Below the pieces are notes generated by a model that saw only the letters and a program-made list of their open reading frames with translations, made no database searches and was not told where the DNA came from. This document shows, piece by piece, positions 43,796 to 57,818 of a stretch of 64,000 bases of DNA. Positions within the stretch are counted from its first letter, which is position 1. Each line of letters begins with the position of its first letter. This stretch comes from the human T2T-CHM13v2.0 reference genome, Homo sapiens. A program made the position numbers and the translations under genes. The stretch lies in the NCBI RefSeq assembly GCF_009914755.1, contig NC_060934.1. The stretch is one strand, 5' to 3'.

Positions 43796-44211
43796 TGTGA
43801 TGATTAATTTTATGTGTCATCTTCTGGACTGGGCCACAGAGTACCCACATATTCCAGGTATTACTGTGAGGGTATTTTGGATGACACTCACGTTTGAATG
43901 CATAGACTGAGTAAGGCAGATTGCCTTTCCCTGGGGTGGGTGGGTCTCATCCAATCAGTTGAAGGTCAGAACAGACTGAAAGGCTGACCCTGCCCTGAGC
44001 GAGGGAGAGTCCTTTCCGCCTCACAGCCTTAGAGCTGGGACGTGGAGCTCTTCCTGCCTTTGGACTGAATCGTTGGTTCTTCTTGAGTCTTGATCCAACT
44101 AAAGATGTTGGGCTTAGCCTCCATCACCCTGGGCGCCAATTCCTCACAATAAATTGATATATAAAATGATCCTGTTTGTCCTGATTCTCTGGAGCATCTC
44201 GGCTAACAGCA
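43796..44211 (+). mobile_element. MLT2B-like ERVL solo LTR
   Basis: tgtgatgattaattttatgtgtca...gactgagtaaggcagattgcc...catccaatcagttgaagg...aataaa...tctctggagcatctcggctaaca. Confidence 0.88.
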
Positions 44212-44362
44212 TACATGTAAAATTTAGACCGATTCCCTCAGATGCTCTTACTCAGCATTGCTTCTGCATAAAAAGCGGCTCCACTCCAGTACCTGCCTTA
44301 AAGTGGAGTTTAGAGGAAAGGGTCCCTTCATGTGCCAAGATCTGTGGCTCTGCAATGGACAC

Positions 44363-44952
44363 CTCGGCCCCGTGCCGTCCGTGGTGAAGACCCTCGCGCG
44401 GGCTCCCATCCCCTGCCACACTTGGATGGTGCCCAGCTCTGCGTCCCGACAGAGGTGGGATCTGGAATCTCCACCCCAGAATGGCCAGGCTTCTGGCTCG
44501 GCCACCTCCTGCGGCGCCAGCCCTTTTCCGACAGCGTTTCCGCTCCCCCCGTTGCTATGCACTGCGGCTCTCTCCCCGTGGGACGTTTTCAGATGAGATG
44601 AATGGTGGGCTGTGACCTGGGTGGAGGAGACGGGCCTGGAGAGCCGCTAAGTGGTTTCTGAGCCAGCAGAGCGTGGCCCGGGCCGGCAGGTGCACTCCCA
44701 GAAGGTCGTTAGCAACCCTAACTCTTTCCCCGACAATAATATTGACTTCACATTAGATAAACATGAATCTTCTAAACAACAGGTGAACACGCAGGAGCCG
44801 GCCTCCCCGCGCGATGTGCGGGAGAAGGCGGTGGGACACAGTCCATAGAGTTTAATTTCAGCTGTAATTACCTTTCCTGGTGAAGTGAGCCCTGTAACAA
44901 ATGGAGCCGCCGCCGCAACAAGGAGCGCTGGGAGGAGAATAAAAGAGGTCGC
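44363..44952. promoter_or_regulatory. CpG-island-like block (orphan CGI / enhancer candidate)
   Basis: About 38 CpG in ~590 bp by hand count, GC-rich, not repeat-derived; includes cgcgcg and gccgccgccgc. Confidence 0.65.
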
Positions 44953-47742
44953 CCCCCTTTGCAGGACCAATTTCTGTTTTGAACAAAACCCATTATTAAC
45001 AAATTAGGGCCATTAGAGGAATCTCTTTACGCCTTTTCTTTATTGAAAAGGAATTCAAAACAGGAGAGAGGCAGGCGGGTGGGTTGTGAGAACATTAAAG
45101 TGAATTCCAGAAATGCACTGAACCAGCATTGGAGTCAGGGGTTAGTGTGATGAGAAAAACGGGCAAGACCTCACACTGTCGGCCTCTGGCAATCACTGTC
45201 AGAGAGAGAGGTGAAGCAGACGCCTTCAGCTTTAGCCCGGTCTTCCAGGGAGCATCTTGCAATGTTTTCAGAGCCACCTTTTAAAACTAATTTTCTAAGA
45301 TAAATCAGAATTAACCAATCATAGTTGGCTCCATGTTTCTGATGTGTGCGTATCTGAACCAAACAAATCAAGAGCAGAGGTTAAGGTGTGGATCTGATGA
45401 TAGCTCCTTTTCAAGAAGGCTGCACTTCAGATAGCAAAGTTTCTACGGATATTTTAAATGAGACCATTGAGAGCATCTTGACTTACAATTTATCAGCCTC
45501 TCCAAATGTAAAATGAAGATTTCTTATAATAAATCATCTTAAAAAGTGACAATAGATCTCAAAACTGGCAATAATAACAAAAATCCTCACCAATGTGCGT
45601 CTGAAGTTTAGCCACCTGTTAAGATGCTTTCTTAAAGGAAGCTTCCCCATTAAGTGGTTAACCAGGAATCAAATATATTCCTCCTATCCTCTTACCCTGC
45701 TGCTCTGTAAGAAAACTGAGTAAATATAACAATATAGATAAGAAAACGTACAGTTGAAAGTCCTCTATGGTACCCAGCTTGCTTCAAAAATCACCTTTGC
45801 ATAAGGTCATTGCCATGCAACCCACTAAGATTAATAGGGGTAACCTGGCCTGCAGAGGGTTCAGCACTCCCAAAAGACAAGGAAATGGATGGACTAGAGA
45901 GATTGCTTTTAGAAATACATTATTCTGTATTCCCTTTTGAAGTGTCTTCAAATACAGTCCTGATCCACTTCAAGCTGCCCTTTTCTATATTAATTTAATC
46001 ATAATTAAATGAAAAATGTATTAATAATTATACATAATTTGTCTGTAAACATGTTCCTGAAAAAATTAAAACTTATTAGAATAGTATATGTGCATAGTTC
46101 ATATGTGCATATATGTAAACACACATATAACATATACATGTATGATGTATGTGTCTAGGATACACACACAGGTATGTGTTAAAGCCTCCCAGATGAGTAG
46201 TGCATGAAACCTGTAATAAATGCAGAGAGTTGCAGGGGTGAGGGGGGGCCAGCCTAGACAAAATAGGAAGTGCAGAGTGTTGGCAATCACTGAAGCAGTG
46301 TACCAGGGCTGCATAGGGTCGGTATAGAATTCTTCTGATTTTTGTCTTACTTAGTCCATGATAAAAAGTTTATTAGTATTGTACAAGCTCCCTGGTTTGA
46401 GAAGGAGGTGTCAGGGATGCTGATGTGATGAAGGGGCATGATCATGGATGACTTCTGTCCACCAAAGCACCTGCCCATCTCAGACACTCCCATTGCCACC
46501 TGCCCACATCTTGCACGCTGGGGAAGTTCACACACTGTCTGCTTGGCGACACACCTGTGCTCCCTCTCCATCTCCCACCCTAACATCGTTGACTCAGGAC
46601 ATGAAACCTGGGCAGTTATTCTTGTCATCTATATTCACAGCAGTCTTTGGAAGCCACACTCTCGACACCATGAAAAACTCAAGTTGCCTGCAGTATTAAA
46701 GTCACCAAAAGATGAAAGTCACAAAAACTGAAGATCTAATTCATCAGTGGGTTGCTGACCTCAACCTGGAGACACCTAGGGTGCTTTCTGCCAAAATGGA
46801 GCAAGTCCTCCCCCGATTCCAAATACAGGTCTTGCCTCTCTCCACCCAAATCCCTCCTTTTCTGTCCCCATGTTGCTGAGGGGAAGCTTACAGTCACATT
46901 TAGAGAGGGAGATCGTGCACACACTCTGTAGCCCTGAATAGCCCAGGGCTGGCTCTAGAGCTTCATGTGGTGTCCACTCTTCCCCCTGTTTCTTCTCCCC
47001 TCCTCCCTTCCTGCCTCTTTTCCACCCTTCTGTTTCCTCTCCTTCCCTAACTATGTCACTCCTTGCTCTTCCTCTTTTCCTTTCTGCTAGATCAGGAGTT
47101 TCTGGATAATTTGTTAAAAGTGTTTGTGGTAACTACTGACTTTAAGCTAGGAAAAATTTGCACATTTGGAGACTAGCATCCAATTGCTTGCATCTTAGAA
47201 ATAAATTCCTGCTTGGCCATCATTTCTCAAGGTTAATATATTTTAAAACATGACATCAAGACCTGCCTTGGCTCTATTAAACCCATGGTGTTGGAAATAC
47301 CTTGACAAGCAGGAAAAAGCAAGAGCGAGCAATGCTAATGACACACCTGAACAGTCCTCCCATGCTCTCAGGTGTTCAGAACCCTTGGAGGCTCCAGCTC
47401 TCAGTGTTCTCTGGAGGGACTGTGACACGAGCAGTCGGGCACAGAGCAGGTGACAGGACGGCACTTTCTAGAACACTGCCACCCACATGCAGTCCAGACA
47501 TTTCAGTAGCCACGACAATTATTTTAGGCATCTCTTATGGAAGACGTCGACAAGTGCAGGAGACACCTTTGGAGGAGAGAAGGTCAGAAGGAGAATGCAG
47601 AATAGGCGAAGGAAGCAGGGGGGAGAAGGGGCATGGTCTCTGCCCCAAAGGAGCTTATGAGACAGATGGAGGAATGATAGATCAGCACTGAAAATGCAAA
47701 GAAGCTAAAAGGATTTAAATAACTGCACAAGACAGTAACAGA

Positions 47743-48052
<310 letters not shown>

Positions 48053-48473
48053 GACGGTAATAGAACTGCTGTTTGATACTGTGTCTCCCAAGTACGAATT
48101 ATGTTATCCAGATGAGAGTTTCTGTATAAATAGAGACGTGTTCTTGGAAGGACAGGGAAAGTTTAATAGGAGAAATATGATTTGAACTCTTCTGTAAAAA
48201 GGGAGCAGTAATTTCAGAGGATGGAATGATGAGAGCAAATTCAAGCAGATTAGAAATTGTCTAATGTGGAGGGCAGAAAATGCTTCAGTTTGGATGGAGC
48301 TATGGGGGGCATCATTTCTAGGATGAATCATGTGAGTTTATGTATAGGCACCATTGTGACTCATGTTCATATTTTAGAACAGCGATGCTGAAAAGATGGA
48401 TGTGTTCCATTTATTTGACTTGCTTTTGTGGTTTACTTTTTACTGTATAGTATGTATGATGGATGACTTTTTA

Positions 48474-48867
<394 letters not shown>

Positions 48868-48966
48868 CTAAGTTGAGCCCATGGTCAAATCTTCCCTGAC
48901 AATACCAATGGCACTGAGGAAAGAACCAAGGCCATGACATTACCTGCAGCCACTTTAACCTCTAAA

Positions 48967-49475
48967 CCCGTGTTTCCATTTAGAAAATAAAAAAGTGCAG
49001 CTCACTGCCAGCATTCATTTAATTTTACATAAACATGCTCTTTGAGGCTGAAGCAAATATGATGGAGTTTCAACATGAAAATAAAATATAAAAACTGTCC
49101 TTGAAGTTATTTCTAAACAGAACCAACGTTAGAATCAACTGAGTTATCTGAGTCGACTATTTCAGAATAATCAGGTTCTTCAAATGAATCTCTGGCCAAC
49201 AACTGTTGGAGAATAATGTTAACATCGTGAGTCGAAATGCTTTCTAGAGTTTGACATTTTCAGCAATTGAGAATTACTACATTTTATAAATGGAAATACC
49301 ACTACTAAAACTATAATGCTATAAATAGAATGAGGTCTTTATTTTCCAAGGTTGATATACTAGAGCAATGTGAAGATAATAAGAGCAAGATATTTTGTGG
49401 CAAAGTTATCTCTCAGGGTAAACGCTGCAGCTGTAAGCACCCTGGTGAGCATTCTTGGAGCAAATGAAAAAGGGG
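48967..49475 (-). mobile_element. MER75 (non-autonomous piggyBac), near full length
   Basis: Minus strand ccctttttcatttgctccaagaatgctcacc...gctgcagcgtttaccctgagagataactttgccacaaaatatc matches the recalled MER75 5' end; CCC..GGG termini; degenerate TTAA flanks. Confidence 0.82.
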
Positions 49476-50702
49476 CTAGTGTCTTTTAGCAATCTCTTAT
49501 GGCTCTGTCATCTATGAACTCATTTTTATTAGAGTACACTTTATTTAGTTATCTTAATTAAATTAGCACATTCATATTGGTAAAACTCAAATAACATTAA
49601 AAGCTGTATGGTAAACTCAACCAGACACCCTCATCCAGTCATTCTCTCCTTCTTGGGCACAGAAAATATACAACTCACTGTTTTGTGGTTAAGTGGGGTT
49701 GTGCCACAATTTCTTATCAAGGAACTGACATGTCACGTCTTCTCAGAGATGAAAAAAAAAAAACTTGAATGTTTCTCTAGCATTTTCTTCCTCTGAAAAA
49801 GTTGGCATTGTGTACCTTGGAACCACCATGTTGAATTGGTGGAGTTTACAGTCTCAGAGTCACAACGCTGCAGGGAACTGCCCTGGAGAACTGCCATACT
49901 GTAGAAGAATTTCTGTGAGAATGAAACACTATCGTCCAAAACCTCTAAAATTTAGGGGTTTATCTATTAAAGCTACCTGCATACAAGAGACATGCAATCA
50001 CTACAAACCTGAACATACAAACAGCAGCCCTCACCCCATTGCTGCAAATAACATCACAGAGAAAAAACCATTTTCACCTCAGCTTATTCTGGTATTTATC
50101 TCACTAATTTTAAATAAAATATGTATATTGTTAGATTTATTGATTTACTAATGTAATAATCATTGACTGATTCTTCTAAAGATGCATGAAATGTGGATCT
50201 TTTATACTCACTGTCTCCTTTTCCATTCATACTACCATCATATGACAACTTATGCTTACATCAATAGTTTACATTATTTTAATCATGTAAGTGTTGATAA
50301 TTGCAGACAAGTAGTGGCCTATGATTATATTTGAATTTTTATGACATTTGTTTTTCCCAAAGTTAATAATTTTCTCCTTTTTTTTTTTCTTTTTTTTTGC
50401 TGAGTCTTCTATATACCAAGTCTTAATCATTCCCATCAGAGCAGCACATGCTTATCAATATTTTCCCAAATACTCAGGTATATCAGATAATTAATCAATT
50501 CCTTTTAGTTTCTTCCTTCTCTTCAACCAGGACTTTTACCCTCCTGGGCAGCCAGACTGCTCTCAGCATGGGGATAACTCTTACTGCTCTTTGAGTGAGA
50601 GCCACTGTTTTCAAGTTTTTCATGAGTTAATGTCTACTATGTCTGAAACAAATGCTCCACTAGCTTCCCCCATCAAAAAAAGTGAATGAAAAATAAATTG
50701 AT

Positions 50703-51040
<338 letters not shown>

Positions 51041-51718
51041 TCATGCTTGAATGATAGCTAGGTAGTCGTAGAATTCATAGTTAAAAGTCATTCATATTCA
51101 GCATCCAGAATTAATTTCGAGCTGATGCCCAAGTCCAAGTCCATGCTGACTCCTGTTCCTTTTTGTGGTCTGTTCTCCAACATGACCTTCTCCCTAGAAG
51201 TTTTGAGGTTAGCTAGCCTATTTATCGTTAAGGAACTAAAATTGTATCATTATGCACCATCATCTGGTCTGCTTTTCTTCCAGTGTGTTGAGTACCCAAC
51301 AGACTCTTTCAGGTTGTAAACTCAGCCTCTTGAAGCCCAGGTCTTGTATTAAACAATCATATCATTTCTATCATTTTATTTGTTTACTTTTCCTGGAATT
51401 ACCACTAGTTAAAACTTGGACTTTTACATTGCCCCTCTAATTTTCATACATTTTCCACTTTTTATCTTTTTGATATATGAGATATATGCTTGTCTTTATT
51501 GTCCAGCTTTTCTATTGATTTCCTTTTATTTTCTCTATCACATTTTAAATGTGCAAGAGATATTAATCATGCTCTGATTATTCTTTTATTTTATAGCACC
51601 TTGTTCATCTCATTTCTTTAAGAATAAATATTTTAGGATTCTCTTCTCCCTTTACACTCTGTTCCCTGTGGGCTTTTTTCTCTGTTTAATTTGTTCTTCT
51701 TCTGTCACCTTTGGAAAC

Positions 51719-51753
51719 TGTGTGTGTTTGTGTGTTTGTGTGTGTGTGTGTGT
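51719..51753. repeat. (TG)n microsatellite, interrupted
   Basis: tgtgtgtgtttgtgtgtttgtgtgtgtgtgtgtgt. Confidence 0.9.
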
Positions 51754-52639
51754 CATCATCTTTGGCTATCTGCTCACTGGATATTCGGGGTGAGGTGTTA
51801 AACATTTATCAGGCATGCCGTGTATGTGGGCACAGCTTTTTACATTTCTGGGCTTCACAGGTAAGTTGATGAGTGTGGTGTGAGCAGGTTGGGGATATTC
51901 CAAAAGACAGTACTTGGATTCCTCCCTGGGTCATTCAGTTTCTTCTACAGAGAGGAATTCTGCTATCTCCCCCTTGAGGGACTTTTTGCTTGACAGCTGC
52001 ATTCTGGAATTAGAGTAGGGGAAGGAAGCTTCAGGTCCCACGCATTACAGAAGTTTGCATTTTACACCTGTCCAGCCCCTACACATCCCAGTCACTGAGC
52101 ACAGAAAATCTCCATTTCAGTTTCTCTAAAGCATCACCCTTCCATTTCTGTCTGCTCAGCCGCGTCTTGAATGACCAGGGCTCTAGCATCACTGTTCCAT
52201 TTCTGTCTGCCCAGCCATGTCCTAAAAGACTCAGGGCTCTGTCTGTGAGCTGCTTCGACAGTTTCAACTTTCCCGCCATGTTGGAGCTTTGTGTTTTAGT
52301 TTTCTTCTGTTTATAAATACAGTCACCTTATTTCCGTCAGCCTACCTGAAATCTATTACTACAGTCTCTCTTTGTGCATTCTGTGTGTCCTTGTGAATTC
52401 AAGCTTTTTAAATTTTTTACTATCGTACTAGTGGGTATCCCAGAAAAGAGGAACAAAATATGGTCATATGTGGAAATGCTGAATTCAAAATGTAGTTACC
52501 CATTTTGTAAAATACTACTACCATTTTTTGCCTTAAATCCACATGTTTCACACTTAACAAAGTGTCATCTAGGTTTAGCAACCCCAGATTTAGTGAGATA
52601 GTCTTGTAAATTCAAACCATATTGTTTTTTATTAATCTG

Positions 52640-52790
52640 GAAATACAACAGGACATTATAAAGGATCTTAAATACCATGTAATTCAACCTACATATTTTA
52701 TGAGAGAGGAAAAAGAAGACTCAGAGAAATTAAATGACAGTTTTAATCAAACAACTGATTATTGGCAGATTCCAGACTTGAGTGTATTAC
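52640..52790 (-). mobile_element. MIR-family fragment
   Basis: ttcaacctacatattttatgagagaggaaaaagaagactcagagaaattaaatgac. Confidence 0.5.
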
Positions 52791-53889
52791 CTCTACCCTG
52801 ATAATTCAGTGTGTCTTCTCTTAGATCTTTAAGTATCATAAGCTTCAATCATAATTTTGAAAACCTCTCTTAAAAAATAAACTTAAGCTTATTACTTAAG
52901 TGGAGATGATTAGAAAAGTGGGGATATTTTATCAAATGAAAATGATGGGTTTTTTAAATCAATTCAACCCATTAATTTTATTTTAAAAATCAGTGTTTCA
53001 AAGCACAATTACTGACTAAATAAAACATTGTAGTTCCCTTAAAGTCATGAGACCTACAAGACAAAACATGTAGAATTTCAACATAGCTCTTCTTAAAATG
53101 GTTATTAAATATTGATTTGGGGTTCTAAAGGATCCCTGCTAATAGACCTTCCGAGCAAGCACCTGCTCATTCGTGTGTTTTTCTGGAACCCGCGATTCAG
53201 GCAGCATCAGCACACGACAGAAAAGAGATCATGAGAGCTCATTTCCACAACACAGACAGCAGGAAGATGGTCACACTCGTTCGTAATGGCATTAGACTTC
53301 AAGGAGCTCATTGCTTCAAAATGCAGATGAGGGTGCTCTGCAAGGATGGGACAATGGAAACGCGTCTTTGTTCACAAGAGAGCTGCGGGGCCTCCCCAAA
53401 GCAGCCCAGTGATGCCCAGACCACTTCAGAGACCCAGGTCCTGAGATTTCCCAGAAACCCCATCTGGGACACATACCCCTTGTTCTCCACTATCTTTTAT
53501 AGTCCGTGACCCGCCAGCCAGTTCTCACGTTTTGCTGCTCCTATTAAACTTGCCTCCAAGCTGCTGTGTCCTGCCCCAGCCATCTTTATTCCTTCCCTCT
53601 TTCTCCCCGAGCCAAGAGCATTCCCTTGTCACAACTCCTTGCTCTCCAGCTGCTCCCACCCCTGCCCTTGGTCATGCCCAGTTGTCTCAGCTTCACCTTG
53701 GGGTGACAATCTATCTCCGCTGTGGACTCCTCCTACATCGCCTTCCCCTTAATGTCATTGTCCCCACAGAATTCAGTCACCAAGTCTCTTGTTTTTTACA
53801 CTTGTCCAAAGCTTTCTCATTCACTCCTATTGCTACAACCACCACCTCTAAGCCGATGACACCAAAATAGATCTTTGGTGTCAGTTCAT

Positions 53890-54110
53890 AGTAATTAGCC
53901 TTCTTGAGCACTTCCTGTTGCCAGACATGGCTAAAGCCTTTGTGCATATCTTCTCTTTCATCTATAATCTGTCCTGTGGATGAGGCCATGTGGTCATGCC
54001 CGTTTTGTAGAAGAAACTGAGAGTTCCAGTGGTTAATCACCTTGTGGACACACACAGCTGGTAAGAGGCAGAGCCAGAAATCAAGCCCACGCCCTATGCA
54101 CCCTTCTGTT
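53890..54110 (-). mobile_element. MIR
   Basis: ttgagcacttcctgttgccagaca...cccgttttgtagaagaaactgag...cacacagctggtaagaggcagagccagaaatcaagccc. Confidence 0.8.
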
Positions 54111-54195
54111 GTTGCTTCCCTCCACCTCTCCTGCACTTCCTCCCTGCTCAGAGATCTCTCCTTCCACCACAACTGTGTCTTTCTGTCTCCACCTG

Positions 54196-54285
54196 AATAT
54201 GCTGCAGGTGCCCCTCCGTCTCCCCTCTCCTCCTACCTTGAAAATGCTGCAGCTGCCCCTCCATCTCCCCTCTCCTCCCATCTTG
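54196..54285 (+). repeat. 45-bp two-copy tandem duplication
   Basis: aatatgctgcaggtgcccctccgtctcccctctcctcctaccttg / aaaatgctgcagctgcccctccatctcccctctcctcccatcttg. Confidence 0.93.
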
Positions 54286-54719
54286 CTCGTCTCAGTGCCT
54301 CATATCTCACCCTTGCAGTCACCAAGCCGGAAAGCAGAGAGCCACCGCGATTTCTCTCTCTATGTTAATCCCTACCTGCTATTGACTATCAAGCACTCTG
54401 AATGCTGCTTCCCCATATCTTTCGAATCCCCCCCTTCACCGCCACACTTCAGAGCCTCACTCATCGAATACATATCATCACAGTAGTCTGCTGGCCGCTG
54501 TCCCTAAGCTTTCCGTTTTGCTCTAATACATTTCTTCATGTGGATGCAGGGATGATTTATAAAGTGAAAATCCACTCATGTTCTTCTCTTGCTTAAAATC
54601 TCTCAGTGGCATCCTATGCAGAAAAAAATGCAAAATCCTCACACAGTACACGGGGCTTCTGCGACCCGACCCCTGCGTGGCTACTCAGATGCAGCCCTTG
54701 CTACTCTCCCGTTCTACTC

Positions 54720-55450
54720 ATGACTCATTCAACCTGCGTTTATTAAAACGTAGCATTAGATACAGAGAAAAAGACAGAAACACATGCAGCCCTCACCAAG
54801 CTTATCTCACAGGAAAGGCAAAAGTCAAGCAGGTTGTTACACTACAGCCTGCGAAATTCAATAAGCAGGGAGGTGGGGGCATCTAGGAGAGGATTTGGCT
54901 TGGGTCACAACAATCTTCCTGGAGAAGTGGAAGCCGATCTTGGAAGGATGAGGAGGGGAGAGGCTGTGTTGGAGGAGGGGAGAGGCTGTGTAGGAGGAGG
55001 GGAGAGGCTGTGCGGGAGGAGGGGAGAGGCTGTGTGGGAGGAGGGCTTCCAGACAACAAGAACAGAATCTGCAATGGCCCAGAACCCTGGACAAGCCTGG
55101 GGTCCTTGGAGACCTGAAAGAGTTTCACCAGGCAGAGGCAGGGAATATTTCATGAAATCGCAAGGAGAAGCGGTCATTAGCGAGGTCAGCATGCGGGAGA
55201 ATGAAAAAGGGCCTTGTGGGTCATGTTGAAGAGTTGGACTTGATCCTGGAAACAGCAGAAGCCTTGAACAGATTTTGGACTGGAGGACGATGTGTTGTTC
55301 TGACTTATGTTTTCAAGAATCTTGCTGACCCAAGCAGGCAGATGGAATGGAAGAGGCAAGGATGGATGGTGGAATCATCCAGAAAGCATCCCCAGGGTCT
55401 GGATCAGGACCATCCAGTGTGGATGGAAATAAGTGGTTGGAAATGAGAAA
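54720..55450 (-). mobile_element. L2 fragment containing a VNTR
   Basis: ctcattcaacctgcgtttattaaa...gggccttgtgggtcatgttgaagagttggacttgatcctg. Confidence 0.6.
54950..55045 (+). repeat. 22-bp G-rich minisatellite, 4.4 copies
   Basis: Unit gaggaggggagaggctgtg(t/c)(t/a/g)g. Confidence 0.95.
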
Positions 55451-55810
55451 CTGGCATAGAATGCTGCATCATCAGGACAAACAAATGAAGGCATTGTTGG
55501 GTATAGCGTCCCGAGGCAAAACCCAATCCAAGCTCCTAAGTCTCCCTGCATTTCTTGTGCAACCCCCACCTCTTCCAAACAAACACGGTGCATAAACCAG
55601 GAATAATGCCCACTCCCTCCTATAACCAGGAAGACACTATCATGGGATCTGTGTATGCCAATGTGAAAAATAAACCAAGATAAATAAAATGGAGAATGAG
55701 AAAACAACAAGAAAAAGTAGAGGATGAGTACTTACTCCCCACCCCCCCCCCAAAAAAAAACAACTAAAAAGATCTGGAGAAATTCAAGTTCATACTGTCA
55801 ATAAAAGTTA

Positions 55811-55869
55811 TTAGTTTGGTGCCATTACTTTCAATGGCAAAAAACACAATTAGTTTTGCACCAAGCTAA
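55811..55869. mobile_element. MADE1 (Hsmar1 MITE) with 21-bp internal deletion
   Basis: ta|ttagtttggtgc-cattactttcaatggcaaaaaacacaattagttttgcaccaagctaa|ta; TA TSD. Confidence 0.88.
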
Positions 55870-57516
55870 TAGAATCATGGTGAAGAGGAAACAAACATAG
55901 ACGTAAGAGAAGAAATAGCAATAAGCGAATATTCATTGCTAAAATATAGAACCAAGAATAAACTGTGCAAATTATGGCCATATATAGAGATTATTAGAAG
56001 TCAGGTCTCACAGGGTCTGGTGACCATTAGGAAGAGGAGGAGGTCAGAAAGGAGGAACCCAGATGTGTGGACAGAGTCCTTCATTCGTGACTGAGTTGTG
56101 GCACCATCCTTGCAGAAACATTTTTATGTTGTTAACTTTTAGAAAATAAAATGGATTAAAAATATAGAGGAAGAATCTGAGGCTACATCTCCTTAAGCAT
56201 AAAATGAGTAGATTAGAATACTTCTCAGAAAAATACCATTTATTAATTACAAACATATACTCCTAGTATACCTTAATTTTGAGAAAGAAAGAAGGGGATA
56301 AGATAGAAGAAAACAAAGGAGGAGACAGAGATAGAAAGCCTTTGTGACTCTGTCATCTAACTATGAAATTAATTTGGAGATCGTGTCATAAAAGAAGGTC
56401 GCCTTGCCCTGCAGAGTGATGGGAAAAGCAATATCACGTATTATTTTTTCTCCACGTACCAGTGAGAGCAGACTTACCCCAGGTAGGAAACGCAATTACC
56501 AGAGGTTGTTATGCGGTACAACGGTGGCTTTCTCCTGTCTGTCAAGAGTTGAAGAGGATTTATTAACCAAAGTGGTGAGCTGAAGTTAACTCAACTGTCA
56601 AAAATGACCAATTTTCAGGCTTGAACCTAGTTCAGAGCAATTTCCACTCTCTATTTCTACATATCAAATATATATGAAATAGAATGTTACAGAAAGTGTT
56701 CACCCTCTCATTACTTGTCATAGAAATCATGTAGCTTTGCATTTTTACTGAAAGAAGAAATCCCGGATGACTGTAAAGAGAGAGACCATGGAGTCTCCGG
56801 TGCTCAGTACGCCCTGGGCCCTGGCCCACCATGAACAAGAGACTCCACAGCATCTGCCTGTTTGGGGAGCAGAGACCCACACTCTCAGAGAGGCTTGGAT
56901 GTGGGGTCCAGAATCCAGGACTCTGCCAGAGACCCATAGGTCTCTGGGAAGATGACCCAATCTCAGTGGGCCTCTGTTGATTCAGCTGTACAGCAAGAAA
57001 GAGAGAGAACAGCTAACCATGTTGAGATCTTGTTATTTGCCACAAAATAGTTTAACTGCTTTACAAAAGAGACAATAATTCGGGAAAAAAAGTAACCAAA
57101 AACTAAGAATTAATGTAAAAAGGTTGCCTGCAAAGAGAGGGAAGAAAGAAGTAAGAATGGGAAGGGAAACTAGATTTCTTTGCACCGGTCTTGTTTATAA
57201 TTTTGAGTATGGAAGTGTGTAAAGATGTTACAGGATTTTACAAATCTGGTAAGAGAAAAATATACCTATGCAATATTTACAAAAGGAACACAGATTGAAC
57301 CAAATTAATTGATTTATTTCAAGTAGGAAGCTTAACCAGGAAGAGAAGAATGACCTCAACAGACTTTATAATGTAGTATTTTGAAAGCACAGCCCTCATG
57401 TGATAAAAGCACAAAAAGAAATCCTACAGTGCATTCACTATCCCGATGGGCAACACCAGGAGTAGTACGGTCCTGAGACTGTTTTGAATGTTATTTTAAA
57501 GCTACTGGCATAAGCA

Positions 57517-57818
<302 letters not shown>

